This document shows positions 19,060 through 31,896 of a DNA stretch of 64,000 nucleotides, in pieces. This DNA comes from the human T2T-CHM13v2.0 reference genome, Homo sapiens: NCBI RefSeq assembly GCF_009914755.1, contig NC_060942.1; one strand, given 5' to 3'. Made by a program: the position numbers and the translations under genes. The stretch's first letter is position 1, and the number at the start of each line of letters is the position of its first letter. Under the pieces are notes generated by a model. It was not told the origin of the DNA. It worked only from the letters and a program-made list of their open reading frames with translations, and did no database searches.

Positions 19060-20880
19060 CTCTCCTTGACTCCATCTGACCACTTCCTCTCCCAATTTCC
19101 TTGTTCCCCAACTGACAGTAATTCTCTTAGTTTTCCATAATCACTCTCTTTATCCTTTCATCTCCCATTATTTGTGGAACACACTCTAGTCTAACTCTTG
19201 TACCCTGATTCCACTGAAACCAATCTTTTCATTGGTAAAGATCTCCTTCTTGCCAAATTCAAGAAACAATTTTTAATTTTCATCTTACTCATCCTCTCAG
19301 CAGCATGAGACATAGTTGATTACTTCATTTTATTGAATCACTTATTTTTGGGTTATTGTTGGCTTCCACAACATATATTTCCCTGTTTTATTTCTTATCT
19401 CACCAGCTACCTCCTTCTCAGTCTTATTCACTGGGTCTTTCTATTCTTACTGAAATGGAAAAGGTGAAATACCCAAGAGCTGAGTCCTCAGATTTCTCTT
19501 CTTTATTTGCTTTCCTCCCTAGGTGATCTCATCTAGAGTCATGGCTTTAAATAACATCTAGTCAAAATCACATCTCACAGAAGTCTTTCTTCCTCATCAG
19601 TTTCTTACCCTGTTTTGTTTTTCTTCATGGCAATTATCAGGGATCTAGAACTAGAAATACCGTTTGACCCAGCCATCCCATTACTGGGTATATACCCAAA
19701 GGATTATAAATCATGCTGCTATAAAGACACATGCACACGTATGTTTATTGCAGCACTATTCACAATAGCAAAGACTTGGAACCAACCCAAATGTCCAACA
19801 GTGATAGACTGGATTAAGAAAATGTGGCACATATACACCATGGAATACTATGCAGCCATAAAAAATGATGAGTTCATGTCTTTGTAGGGACATGGATGAA
19901 GCTGGAAACCATCATTCTCAGCAAACTATCGCAAGGACAAAAAACCAAACACCGCATGTTCTCACTCATAGGTGGAATTGAACAATGAGAACACATGAAC
20001 ACAGGAAGGGGAACATCACACACCGAGGCCTGTTGTGGGGTGGGGGGAGGCGGGAGGGATAGCATTAGGAGATATACCTAATGTTAAATGACGAGTTAAT
20101 GGGTGCAGCACACCAACATGGCACATGTATATATATGTAACCAACCTGCACGTTGTGCACATGTACCCTAAAACTTAAAGTATAATAAAAAAAAAGAAAT
20201 TATATATGTATATATTTAAACTTATTTATTGTCTTCCCCATGAGAACAGGAATCTTGTTTGTTTTGTTCTCTGGCATATCCTCAGAAACTAGAACAGTAC
20301 CTGGCACATAACAGGCTCTTAAAAATATTTAATAAATGGATGCTATGAAGAGGCTTTCATAGTTTTTTTTTTTTAATTCTTACCTCCTAAAAGATAAGAA
20401 CAATTGTTTCAGTCCCTATCCAACTCCAGTTGTGCACCAGATCTTGTCCCCTTTCTTCTACTTAAGGACTTTGCTCCTGAAATCATCCACTTTCTCTTTT
20501 TGCATCATCAGTCTTCTCTTTACTCATCATACTTTCTTTATGCTACAATATGTCCCATTATACTTATCATGTTTTCCTATATTATTTATATCTTTATTGA
20601 TTTATTTTCTCTTGTTCCCTTATAATGTAAGCAATATCAGGACAAGTACTTTATTTTATTCACTGGTGTATCCCCAGCACTAGAATAGTAGTAGCAAGCA
20701 TTCAATAGATGTTCTATAATAAATCAAATGGATTTAAATACTGGTTTGCTTATATGTCTCTCCCACTAGAAGCTATGTTCTTTTAAAATAAGGACCACGT
20801 TTTATTCCATTTAAATCCCCTTTGCCTAGCACAATGCCTAGTAAGTGTTCAATCTATTTATGAATAAGTGTATAAATGAG
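19060..20880. mobile_element. L2 relics interrupted by L1
   Basis: ccactgaaacc.., ctcagcagcatgagacatagttgat, ccctaggtgatctcatc, gtacctggcacataacagg motifs. Confidence 0.7.
19638..20195 (+). mobile_element. Short 3' L1PA fragment (L1PA4/5-like)
   Basis: ORF2 C-terminus [21 protein letters not shown]..., 3'UTR and polyA; no clear TSD. Confidence 0.93.
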
Positions 20881-21890
20881 TATACAACTTAACAGCAAGC
20901 ATGAGGATGTTCAGTAGCCCTCAGGAAAGATGGCTAACAAAAAGTTGAGACTGTCATTGTAATGAAAAAATAAAAAGTCTATTGAAATAATCTGGGCTCC
21001 AGAGACGGCAGGAGACTCAGACCAACTAATCTTGGGATTCCCTTAGCTAGAGCAATGGTTTCAGGTATGGACCTCCAACAGAGTCACACCTTTTAGGACA
21101 AAGACAAGTGTGTTCTTGTCTCCTGGAACACAAGCTGAGAGGATGTCTGGAGTCCCTGCCACCATCTGACTACCACGTGAAATCTGAGACTAAAGAAAAC
21201 ACTACAGAAGATAGAACCAGGAAATAGAGAAACCAAATTCTGAAGGTACTGCTTGAGCTCTGAATTTAGTACTGCCTTAATTTAGTCTACTCCCTAGACT
21301 TTTTAATTATGTAAGTCAATAACATTGTTTTTTGCTTAAACTGGTTTGAACTGAGGATTTCGTCACCTGCTACAGAAAAAAAATATTTGACTGATTCTAG
21401 ATCTTTAAAAATTAGATTCCTGGGTCCCAATGTCAGATATTCTGAATGATTATGTCTAGGCCTTGAAATCTGTTTTTTAACAAGATCCCCAACAGTATCT
21501 ATTATGTTCTTGGTTGCAAGCAGCAGAAATAAAAGTCTAGCAGAGCCAAAGTAAAAATAATTTAAAAGACATTAGAAAAGATAAAAAAAAAAAAGGACAT
21601 TAGGCAGCTTACAAAATCAAGGAGGTATTAAGGAGGTATGGAAAGGAAGGCTTGGAGCTACACAGTCAAGAACAAAGCCCAAAAGTCATGCTGCCAAACT
21701 CATCTTGTGAAGTAGTCATGGGTGCTACCAAAAAGCACCAAACATTATGGCTTGTACAACTGCCCCTAGGAGCTTAATCTTGGGGCAACCACCACTTCCT
21801 CTAGCATTACTGCCACTGCTACCCTGCTATATAACCTAGTTATCCAATATAACCTATATAATCTAGTGATTCAATTCCCATGTGCTAAAG

Positions 21891-21973
21891 GTTAGAACAA
21901 CCTGAAAGAAAATTATTATCCTCACATGTACTGGGAATTTGACATAATATATGGCATACTTACCGAAAAGTTG
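21891..21973 (+). pseudogene. Decayed exon (83 nt, phase 2-1)
   Basis: gctaaag| LEQPERKLLSSHVLGI*HNIWHTYRKV ttg|gtaagg. Confidence 0.55.
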
Positions 21974-22269
21974 GTAAGGAAAATTTTTTGGAATCTTATA
22001 GTAGAATTAAACATGAAACCCTTTTTCTATAACCTGTTGTGTCTTTAGCATGAGGGTAAAAGATTTTCCTCTCCTCTCACAGGGACATTTGTCCTCAGCA
22101 ATGCTATTCAAATTAACCGAAAAGCTGGTAAGGAAAATTTTTTGGAATCTTACAGTAGAATTAAACATCAAACCCTTTTTCTATAACCTGTTGTGTCTTT
22201 AGCATAAGGGTAAAAGATTTTCCTCTCCTTTCACAGGGACATTTGTCCTCAGCAATGCTATTCAAATTA
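21962..22269. repeat. Tandem duplication, 2 x 154 bp
   Basis: Copies 21962-22115 and 22116-22269; 5 substitutions counted by eye. Confidence 0.97.
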
Positions 22270-22364
22270 TTCCAGCCAAATAACGTCCCATTTCTGATGA
22301 TCCATTGCCTTGCATTGCTATTTGTCTATATTTCCTCACAGTCTTAACAGAATTCTGAAAAAAA
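22237..22364 (+). pseudogene. Decayed exon
   Basis: ttttcctctcctttcacag| phase 1 (G)TFVLSNAIQIIPAK*RPISDDPLP, then an inferred frameshift, then HCYLSIFPHSLNRILKK aaa|gtgagt. Confidence 0.6.
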
Positions 22365-22457
22365 GTGAGTTTGACCTCCTCATTAAGCTCCCTACTATGG
22401 CATGTGACAGGCATGCTCCCTGTTTCCTCCAACATGCAACCCGTTACCCACTATCAG

Positions 22458-22627
22458 CTTTAAGCCAGAAACATGGTGAAAATTCTCAGGTGATGGGTCA
22501 GATCAAGAATGAAGACTTTTTGGGCCCTTTTGCCACAACAAAATCTGTTTCTCAGTGTGGCACCTGGACAGCCAACAAAGTCCCAGGAGAGGAACCATTT
22601 TCTCACATATCCTTTTATGCACAGTGA
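22458..22627 (+). pseudogene. Exon following a 93-nt intron, open to stop
   Basis: ttacccactatcag| phase 1 (T)LSQKHGENSQVMGQIKNEDFLGPFATTKSVSQCGTWTANKVPGEEPFSHISFYAQ*. Confidence 0.45.
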
Positions 22628-23519
22628 CCCACGTGCTGATTAGTAACCTGCAAGCACTTCCTTGATCACTCACAATACTTTTGGTTATAACCACTGCCTC
22701 TACCCTATACCTCATTTGATTATTGCATAGTACCACTGATGGATGCTGTTGCAATCCCCCTTTCCCCTTTGACAGTTTATTTCAGTGGCTCCCACACACA
22801 GCTAAGGCTCTGAGTCACTGTCTGTCTGTTTTTCCATTGCATAAGCTCAGAGGAGGGCTTTGCAAGTGTTTGATGCTGGGGCTTTTACCCTCACCTTGGT
22901 TGTATCCCTTTGGAACATTGCTAGAAGATATCCCTCCTGAGCACTGAACCTGTGCCAGCCTTTTGTCTCTTTTCTGATCTTTGCTCTCTGAGTCCTGGGC
23001 CTTCCTCCAATAGTCTCTTTTGTTATGTTTGGGTTATATTACTTCATGTATAATTATATTTGCATAGTTCTTTTCTGGTAGTAGCAAGAGCAAGGGGAGG
23101 TCTCCTTTATCCAAAAACCTGTGTCTCCTTAGAGACCTACAGGAGGCTCGGGATACTCTACAATGAGCACATTTCATATCTTACTTTAGTCAAACTGCAA
23201 GATATATTAGATTTATCGAACCATAGAGACAGAGGTATCTAGGAGGTTTCTTAGTTATTTTCCCCTGTAAGAAAACAGAAATTCAGAAAGGGAAGTTATT
23301 TTCTCAGAGATAAACAGCTATTGACAAACAAATCTGGGACTAGAACCCAAATTCAGGATACTTTCTTCTTTACTAATCTGAATTTTCTTCTAGAGTTTTT
23401 CCTTTTTCGACCATGTGTAACCTTTCTGTAAGAGACTGTCTTTGCATATAGTTACTTAATGGGTGATTTAATGACAGGGAAAGAAGAATGGAAATATCCA
23501 AGAAGGCTTTATACAATAA

Positions 23520-24070
23520 TGTGGTAGACAAAGACATCCATATCCTATTCCATAGAACCTGTTTTTTTCTTTTTTCTTTTTCTTTGCTTCTAACACACCA
23601 AGCACATATAGAACCTGTTAATATATTCCCCTACAGAGCAAAAGAAATTTTGCAGATCTAATTAAGAATCCTTGAGGTGGGAGATTATCCTGGACTATAT
23701 GAAGGGGCCCATGTAATAACAAAGGTCCTTTCAAGTGAAAGAGACAGGCAAGAGAGTCAGAATCAGAGAAGAAGATGTGACAGTAGAAACAATATTAGAG
23801 TGATGGGATGTGAGGACTCAAATCTTCCATCGTTGGCTTTAAAGATGAAAGGTGAACACAAGCCAAAAATTGTGGGGCAGCCACTATAAACTGAAAAGGC
23901 AAGGAAATGTATTCTCCATGCCTTTCTAGAAGGAATGTAATCCTGACAATATTTATTTTAACCCAGTGAACTCCCTTTGGACTTCTGACTCCAGAACTGT
24001 AAGATAATAAATTTGTATTGTTTTAAGCCAATAAGTTTGTGGTAATTTGTCACAGCAGTAGTAGGAAATA
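23520..24070 (+). mobile_element. MLT1 (MaLR) solo LTR
   Basis: gggagattatcctgga..., gacttctgactccagaactgtaagataataaatttgtattgttttaagcca..gtggtaatttgtcacagcag. Confidence 0.85.
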
Positions 24071-24379
24071 TGGTTTTAGAAGTAAATCTAATATAAAACC
24101 ACAATAATAATGGTTATGTCGCATTTTATATGTGACAGGCATTATGCTACACCCATAGTGTCCATTACCTCATTAAATCCTTGGAATAATTCTAAGGCCA
24201 GATAATAACATTATTCCTCTGTTATGGTTGAGGAAAATGAGAATTTTCTCACTTGCCCAGCCACTCATTAGTAACTATTAGAGTGAAGAGTTTGTCAGAT
24301 TTTCAAGTGTATATTCTTAACCATCATGCTATATTTTCTCCTTAAAAATATTATTTGATCTATTTTGTACAAAAAGAAT

Positions 24380-27300
24380 ATCCAAGAGCCCCATAGTTGA
24401 CTTTTGCTTCAGGAAATGATGAAGTAACCAACACCAGGTTAACCCAAGCACAACCTAAAGAAAACATGAAATGACTGTTTTCAGTTATTGGGCAGACAGC
24501 ACAATACTGTGATCAGCAAGAAAAGGGAAACAAATGAGGAGAGCCCTATAATCATCCTGGATTTCTGTCTGAAGACAATTCTTTTTACTGTGATTTGGAG
24601 AGTAGGATATCAAGCTGAGCATAGCAGTCTTTCTGAATTAAGACAGAATCAGAATTCAGGAAAACTGAAGAACAAAGTACGAAAAAGAAGTCTTGTGTAC
24701 AAGGTCTGTGTACAGAAAGACTTCCGAAAATATGCACAGGGATTCTCTTATTTCTGAATACCAAGTCACACTTGCCTAAAGTTAAATTTCATGAGGTATG
24801 GAAAAAGTGACCAGAGAACAGTAAGCTGAAAATGTCTGATCACAAAAGGGCTGGGAAATATTTGTGTTCTAACCATCAGAATGGGGAGTTCTTATTAAAT
24901 ACCTAGGCATTCAGTAGACATCCAGAAAGGTGACACATTAATGACAAAACTAAACTAGGCTTAAACTAAGGCTATTCTAAAATCACTCTAACAAAGCTTA
25001 TAAAGAATTCTCAAAAATGATCCATATATATGCAAATAATTTAAATGGCTGCTGAACAAAGCCCAACACTCTTTAAGGAATATAAAAAAATATGGTAAGG
25101 AACTGGACATGGTGGCTCACACCTGTAATCCCAGCACTTTGGGTGGCCAAGGCAGGCAGATTGCTTGAGTCCTGGAGTTCCAAACCAGCCTGGGCAACAT
25201 GGCAAAACCCTGTCTCTACAAAAAGTACAAAAATTAGCCAGGTGTGGTGGTGTGCACTTGTAGTCCTAGCTACTTGAGAAGCTGAGGTGGGAGGATCGCT
25301 TGAGCCTAGGAGGTAAAGGTTGCAGTGGGCCGAGATTGCACCAATTCACTCCAGCCTGGGGGAAAGAGCAAGACCCCATCTCAAAAGAAAAAAAAATCAG
25401 TATGCTACAATGTAAAGATCAAAACGTCCAACATTAGTCAAAAATTACTAGACATGCCAAGAAGGAAGAAAATGTGACCCACTTCAGAAGAAAAATTGAT
25501 CAACTGAAACAGACCTATAAATGACAGAAATGATAGAATTAAGACAAGGAATTTCAAATAGCTATTATATATATATGAAAGTATTTAAAGAAAAGCAGGA
25601 ACCTAACAAGAAGATAAAATCAATAAATTAAAATAAATGAAAACTCCTAAAGAAGAAAAAGATAGTCTCCAAATGAAAAATTCTCTAAGTGGGATGAAGA
25701 GCAGAAAAGACCCTGTGGAAGAAAACATCAATAAACTTTAAGTACAGTAACAGAGACTATCCAAACTGAAGTACAAAAAAAAAAGACAGACAAAAAAAAA
25801 AAGCCTCAGTCATCTGTGACAATATTGAATGGGCTAACCTAAGTGTAACTGAATTATTAGGATAAGGGTTTAAGGATGTAGGAAAATGTGATGAAATCAT
25901 GACCAAAACTTTGTAAAATTTTATGAAAACTCTAAGCATACAGACTCAGGAAGCTCAATGAACACCAAAGAGAATAAACATAGAAAACTATTCCAAGGTA
26001 TATCAGAATCAAATAGCTACAAAGTAAGTGACTAATAGAAAATCTTAAAAGCTACCAGGGGAAAAAAGACATAGTACATACAGATGAATAAAGATAATAA
26101 TGGAAGCAGATGTCTTGATAGAAACTATGCAAACTAGAATATAACAAATGGCATTTTTAAACTTTAAAACGGTGAAAGAAAACTGTTAACCATGTCTTCT
26201 ATTTACAGCAAAAAATGTCCTTCAAAAATGAAGACAAAGTAAAGAGTTCATAAGACAGACAAAAGCTGAGACAATACCCAGAAGACTTATACTACAAGAA
26301 ACACTAAAGAAAGTTTCTCACACTGAAGGAAAATAATATCTGATGGAAACTTGAATCTACACAAAGGAATAAAGATTGTCAAAAAGGGTAAATAAATGAT
26401 TAAATATAAAGGATACTTTCTCTTTTTTTAGTTTCTTTTTTTAATAGAGATGTGGTCTCACTTATATTGCCCAGGCTGGTCTCAAACTCCTGGGCTCAAG
26501 CAATCTTCCTGCCTCAGTCTCCCAAAGTGCTGGGATTACAGGCGTATGCCACTGTACCCTGTACTTTATTAACTTCTTCAAAAGATAATTGAACTAAAGC
26601 AAAAAAAAAATAACTCCATATTTGGGGCATGTGATATATGTAAAAGTAAAATGTATGACAACTGCACAAAGGACAATAGGAAAGAAATATAATTATACTT
26701 TTATAAAGATCTTACATTATATGTGAGGTAATATAATGTGAAGTTAGACTGCCACAATGTAGAAATGCATAGGAAACACTAAAGTAACCACTAAAAAATA
26801 AAACAGAATGCAGCAAAATAGGGATAAAGCAGAATTCTTAAAAATATGCACTTAGTTTAAAATAAGGCAGAAAAAGAAGAAAAATGGTACACAGAACCTG
26901 GAACACACAGAACAAATAGAAAACAAATAGCAGTATGGAGGGACACAGAGCTTCAGAGACCGGTGGGACACCAGCAAGAATACTAACATATGCGTAATGA
27001 GAAAAGAGGAAAAGGGCAGAAAGAATATCTGAAAAAATAATGGCTGAAAACTTCCCAATTTTGATGAAAGACACATATCCAAGAGGCTCAATGGGATTCT
27101 TGAGTGTGAATCCACATCCAAGCAGCTCAATAAACTCCAAGTAGGATAAACTATAAGATTCACAGAGACACATTGCAATCAAATTGTTGAAAGCCAAAGA
27201 CACAGCAAGAATCTTGAAAGCAGCAAGAGAGAAGTAATCTGTCATAAACAAAGGATCCTCAATAAAGGTCAACAGCTAGTTTCTCATTAGAAACGATGGA

Positions 27301-28115
27301 GACCAGAAGGCATTGAGAGGACTTATTTATAGTGATGAAAAAAAATGTCAACCAAGAATTCTAAATATGACAAAACTACTTTTCATAAATGAAGGCGAAA
27401 TTAAGACATTCCCTGATAAACAAAAGTTTAGAGAGTTCATCACTTAGACATTCCCTACAAGAAATACTAAAGGGATTCTTTCAAGCCAAAACAGAAGTCA
27501 TGCTAGATAGTAACCCAAAGTCATATGAAAAAATAAAGAAATAAAGAACTCCAGTGAAAGTAACTATATAAATATAAAAGGCAATATTATTTTATTTTTG
27601 GTTTATAACTTCTTTTTAATTTTCTTTATAATTTAAAAGCCAAGTACATGAACAATCATTATAATTCTGTGTTAATGGGTACACAATAATTTTGTGACAA
27701 TAACAATATAAAAAAGGTGGAGCTGTAAAGAGGCAAAGTTTTCATATCAAATTGAAGCTAGGTTGGTATCAATTCAAACGAGGTTATGAACATAAGATTT
27801 TTAATTATAATCCTCATGGTAACCACAATGAAAATAACTAAAAATATATACAAAAAAGGAAATAAGGAGAGAGTCAAAATGATACACTAGAAAAAAAATC
27901 AACACAAGACAAAGTAGTATTGAAGGAAATTAGGAATATTAAAAAATGGCATATAGAAAACAAATAGAAAAATGTCAGAAGTAGTCCTTTCTTATCAAGT
28001 AATCACTTTAAATATCAATGGATTAAACTCACCATTGAAAGACAGAGACTGGCAGAACAGATTAAAAACAATAATTCAACTATATGCTGCTACAGGAATC
28101 TCACTTTAGATTCAA
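24380..28115 (+). mobile_element. Old L1M fragments (5' region, ORF1, ORF2 start) containing Alus at 25101-25397 (+) and 26432-26562 (-)
   Basis: ORF1-like aatggctgaaaacttcccaattttgatgaaagac and aatcttgaaagcagcaagagagaag; ORF2-start-like atcactttaaatatcaatggattaaactc. Confidence 0.8.
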
Positions 28116-28688
28116 GACAGTTTTTGTCCTAAACTAGAAGCAAATAGTTGTTATTCATTAAGATGGGGAATACTGTATGTGGGTATGTGAGGCCTGAGAA
28201 GGATTAGATTTGAGATATCTATCAGACATTCCAGTGAAGATACTGAAGAGGTTGGATATATGAGTCTGAAGTTCAGGGGAAAAGTCCAACCTGGAGATAA
28301 AGACTTAGAGTCACCATCATATATTTGCTATTTTAAGCTCTGGGAATAAATGAAATCTAAAGAGAGAGTGTGTATAGGTAAAAGAAAAGGTCCAAAACCT
28401 GATTTCTGGGTCATTTCAATATTAACAGTTTGGGAACAAGGGTAGAAATCAGTTCAGGAAACACAAATAGTGGCTCATGAGGTAGGAAAATTAGGAAAGC
28501 CAAATGATGAAAGTGTTTTAAGGAAAACATATCAATTCTACTAAAGGCTGCTCTGTCATTTCCTCTCAGGTCTGGTGTGGGACATTCTCTCGCCTCATAA
28601 TTGATGTTTTCTCCTCAGATGGTTGTTTGTTATTCAACCTAGGGGCTTGTATATAAGAAACAGTCATAATGGGTTACTCATGGTTCTA

Positions 28689-28690
<2 letters not shown>

Positions 28691-28739
<49 letters not shown>
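28691..28739. repeat. (TG)n microsatellite
   Basis: Direct reading. Confidence 0.98.
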
Positions 28740-28742
<3 letters not shown>

Positions 28743-29087
28743 TATAGCCCGATAGAGATAGAATGGGAAAATCATAGACTATGGAACCAGTCCTAGCTCT
28801 ACCATTTCCAGCTCTACCATTTCCATACAGCTATATGAACTTGGGAAAATTTCTTAACTACTTAACTTCTCTCAGCTCCAGTTCTCTCAGCCCCTTGGGA
28901 AAATTTCTTACCTCCTCTCAGTTCCTTGTGTGTACAATAAGACGAATAATATTGCACCTATCTCATAGTCTACTGTCAGAATTAAATGACTTTCTATATG
29001 TAATGATACTATAAGATCTGAAGAAAGATTAATTACTAGTCCCTTCCTGACATATGAGAAGATACCCATGACTTTATGTTCCCTCAG

Positions 29088-29183
29088 CTGCTGAATTGAA
29101 TATCAGCTGCTGAGCGGCCTTCCTTCCTCTGGATTATAATGGTTTTATTTTTTACAATTATTCTAAATGCTAATATTTAGAAG
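29088..29183 (+). pseudogene. Possible further decayed exon (96 nt)
   Basis: actttatgttccctcag| ... aag|gtaatt; length is a multiple of 3; stops in the frames read. Confidence 0.3.
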
Positions 29184-29622
29184 GTAATTATTAGACTTGT
29201 TCTATGAGAACTCCTTTTGGAAAAGTAAATATTTTTTAAACAAGGTTGCTTTGACACAAAATAGGTGGGAAGGGAGGGGAAGAGATGAGAAAAAGAAAAA
29301 TATAAATGGGTCCACTTGGAGCAATGAAGATCAAAGTAACTCTTTGAATGTAAAAAGAATGTAGATTCTAAATCAAAGTCCCCTTGCCAACAGTATCACA
29401 GCTTTTATCTCCTTTTCTTAACTCCTGTTCATCCAACGTCTTTCCATATCTTTTATCCCTACTAGCATTTCTTCCCTATAACATGAAAAATGTTACAATT
29501 GCTCTTCCCATTCCAAAAGCATGAATAAAGCATGAGGACCTTCACATGGAATTTACTTGCTGTATATGTGGTGATTTTTTTGTTTGGATTAAGTTGTATT
29601 TCTAATGGAGAGGGGGTGGAAG

Positions 29623-30295
29623 TATAACCGAGTACCCCCATTTTTCTAAGTGAAAGAGAGTAAGTTACTTTTTAAAAATTATTTTCTCTTCTTTTTTCTC
29701 CATTTCCCCTTCTTCCCCACTTCCTACTTAGCCCTCTGGAAGTGCAATTATAACTTTCTACCTCCTTTTCACCAGATGCTCCCTACAGAACAAGTTCATC
29801 TAACTATGTACTTAGAAGCTCCAGAAAGGAACTCTCCCCCACCTGGAGACTGCCTCACAAAATAACAGTCGATTTACACCCACAATGTGTCCACCACAAA
29901 ATTCGCTCCCACCAGGAGACTGCCTTGAGAGATAACAATCAATTTACAGCCCAAAGTACCCCTGCTACGAAACTCTCTCCCACCTGGAGAGTTTTCAACC
30001 ACTCTTACAACCTATTTCTGCCCATGAAAACACCAGCTGCCTGGCAGATAAGGCACTGAAGTGAGTATGTGGACCACTCCCCCACCACCCTGCTCATTTC
30101 TGCCCCTTCATAAGCTCCCCTTTAAAAGCACTCACTTTCTGCTCCAAAAGCGAAGCCACACCCTTAAGGCAGGAAGCCTGTACTTCTTCCCCTAAGCTAG
30201 TTTCAGAATAAAAAATCACTTTCTTTATACTAGATCTCGCTCTTGTTAATCAGACTCTGAAAGCAGAGATTGACTGAACCTGCATTTCAGTTACA
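29623..30295 (+). mobile_element. ERV1-class solo LTR
   Basis: Inverted termini TATAACCGA...TCAGTTACA; near-TSD gaag/gaaa; internal ccacc(t/a)ggaga repeats; AATAAA near 30206. Confidence 0.75.
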
Positions 30296-31636
30296 GAAAG
30301 GAAACGTAATTGTAGGCAGAGAGGCTCATGAGATGAAACCGTCTGACAGCCAGAACCCTCCTAGAAAACTAAGGTGATTAAATCTTTAAGGCAGTCTTCT
30401 CAATCTCTTTAGAACTGTTTTTTTTCAATATACCTCCTTGCTTACACAATTTGAATTACCAATAAAAATAAATTGAGAAGAAAATGCATTAAAATGCTTT
30501 ATGATACACTGTCAGATCACAGGAAGGTCTTAAGTATGTCACAAAAGATAAATAAGCTTCAAAAAACTATAAATATTCTATATCCCTGTTGAGTACAGCT
30601 TGAAAACTCAAGCTTAGTAGTGCTTACCAGCTTACAGACTCCTGCATATCCTGACTGCTGACCTTTAAGCCTATAGTTTCTGTTTTGATCTTAAGATGAT
30701 ATAGCTGTTCATTAGACTCAGGGAACTCCCACAGCCCTGAACAGGGGTCACTAACGTAATCTCTCCTTTCTCTGCCTTATCTCCATTATAAATCCAAGAT
30801 ACCTTTGGAGATGAATAGGTATCAAGTTATCTGACTTACCTTAGCCATACAAGCATCCTAGGAATTTTTCCTGATGATACAATAAGAGTAAACGGGCTCC
30901 AAAAATGCAATGAGCATATGCAAAGCTTTGCTCCACCTTTCTTATTTTTTCCACCCAACATTTATCATTACCCCCAAAATGCCAAATGAGGGACAAAAGA
31001 GAGATACCAACAGAGGAAATAAACTTGAAGAGACATTAGAAGAATGATTCATTGAGATAACAGAGAAAAAAGCATATACTCCAGGCAGTTTAAGAAAGTT
31101 ACCTAATAGGGCATAGGTTCAAGATACCCAACGTGAGCCAAGAAAACCCCCTATGTTGCCAAATGTCAAATAGCATCATTATTATCAGTCTCATTGATAA
31201 ATTATCGGGTTTTTATGTATTGTCTGGGAATTTACATTCTAACACCCCTGAGATGTAAAAAGAGAGAAATAAATATAGGCATGAGGAAACGCAAGGCAAA
31301 TAGCTACTCAGAAGATAAAAACACTTGTATAATGCAGGTGTCATGAAGCAATCACACTGCACTACAGACCAGGGAGCGTGAATCTACCTCAGACCGACCA
31401 CTCAATCCAAAATTACTCAATGATATTGGTAGTGTGTGATCATCTGTATGAGCTAAAGCATTGTTATGCCAAGGCACACCTGTCCACAAAATGACACCTC
31501 TATATTTCACAGATCCAAAAAGCCACTGTGGAACCACAGAGAATGGGAATTTGTGGTCTGAGTTATCTAACCTGTGCCAGACTTGTTATTCCACTTAACT
31601 ATGATGTAAACTGTTCAGATGTATTTAGTTTGCCTT

Positions 31637-31858
31637 ATTCTTTAAAATTAAAAATGGAAAGTGTTTATCGAAATGAAGATCCAGAAGTACCTACTGAGCC
31701 TATTTCCTCTCAGCTGTTTTCAACTGTAAAACACAAATATGTCTAACATTCTTTAAAATTAAAAATGGAAAGTGTTTATCTAAATGAAGTTCCAGAAGTA
31801 CCTACTAAGCCTATTTCCTCTCAGCTGTTTTCAACTGTAAAACACAAATATGTCTAAC
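31637..31858. repeat. Tandem duplication, 2 x 111 bp
   Basis: Copies 31637-31747 and 31748-31858; 3 substitutions. Confidence 0.97.
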
Positions 31859-31896
31859 CCACGAAGCCTATAATCATTAGCAGCTGGGTTGCTGTG

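Noticed and set aside
26838-27272. Hydrophobic 144-aa and 108-aa minus-strand ORFs
   Set aside because: They are the antisense of an A-rich L1 ORF1 relic.
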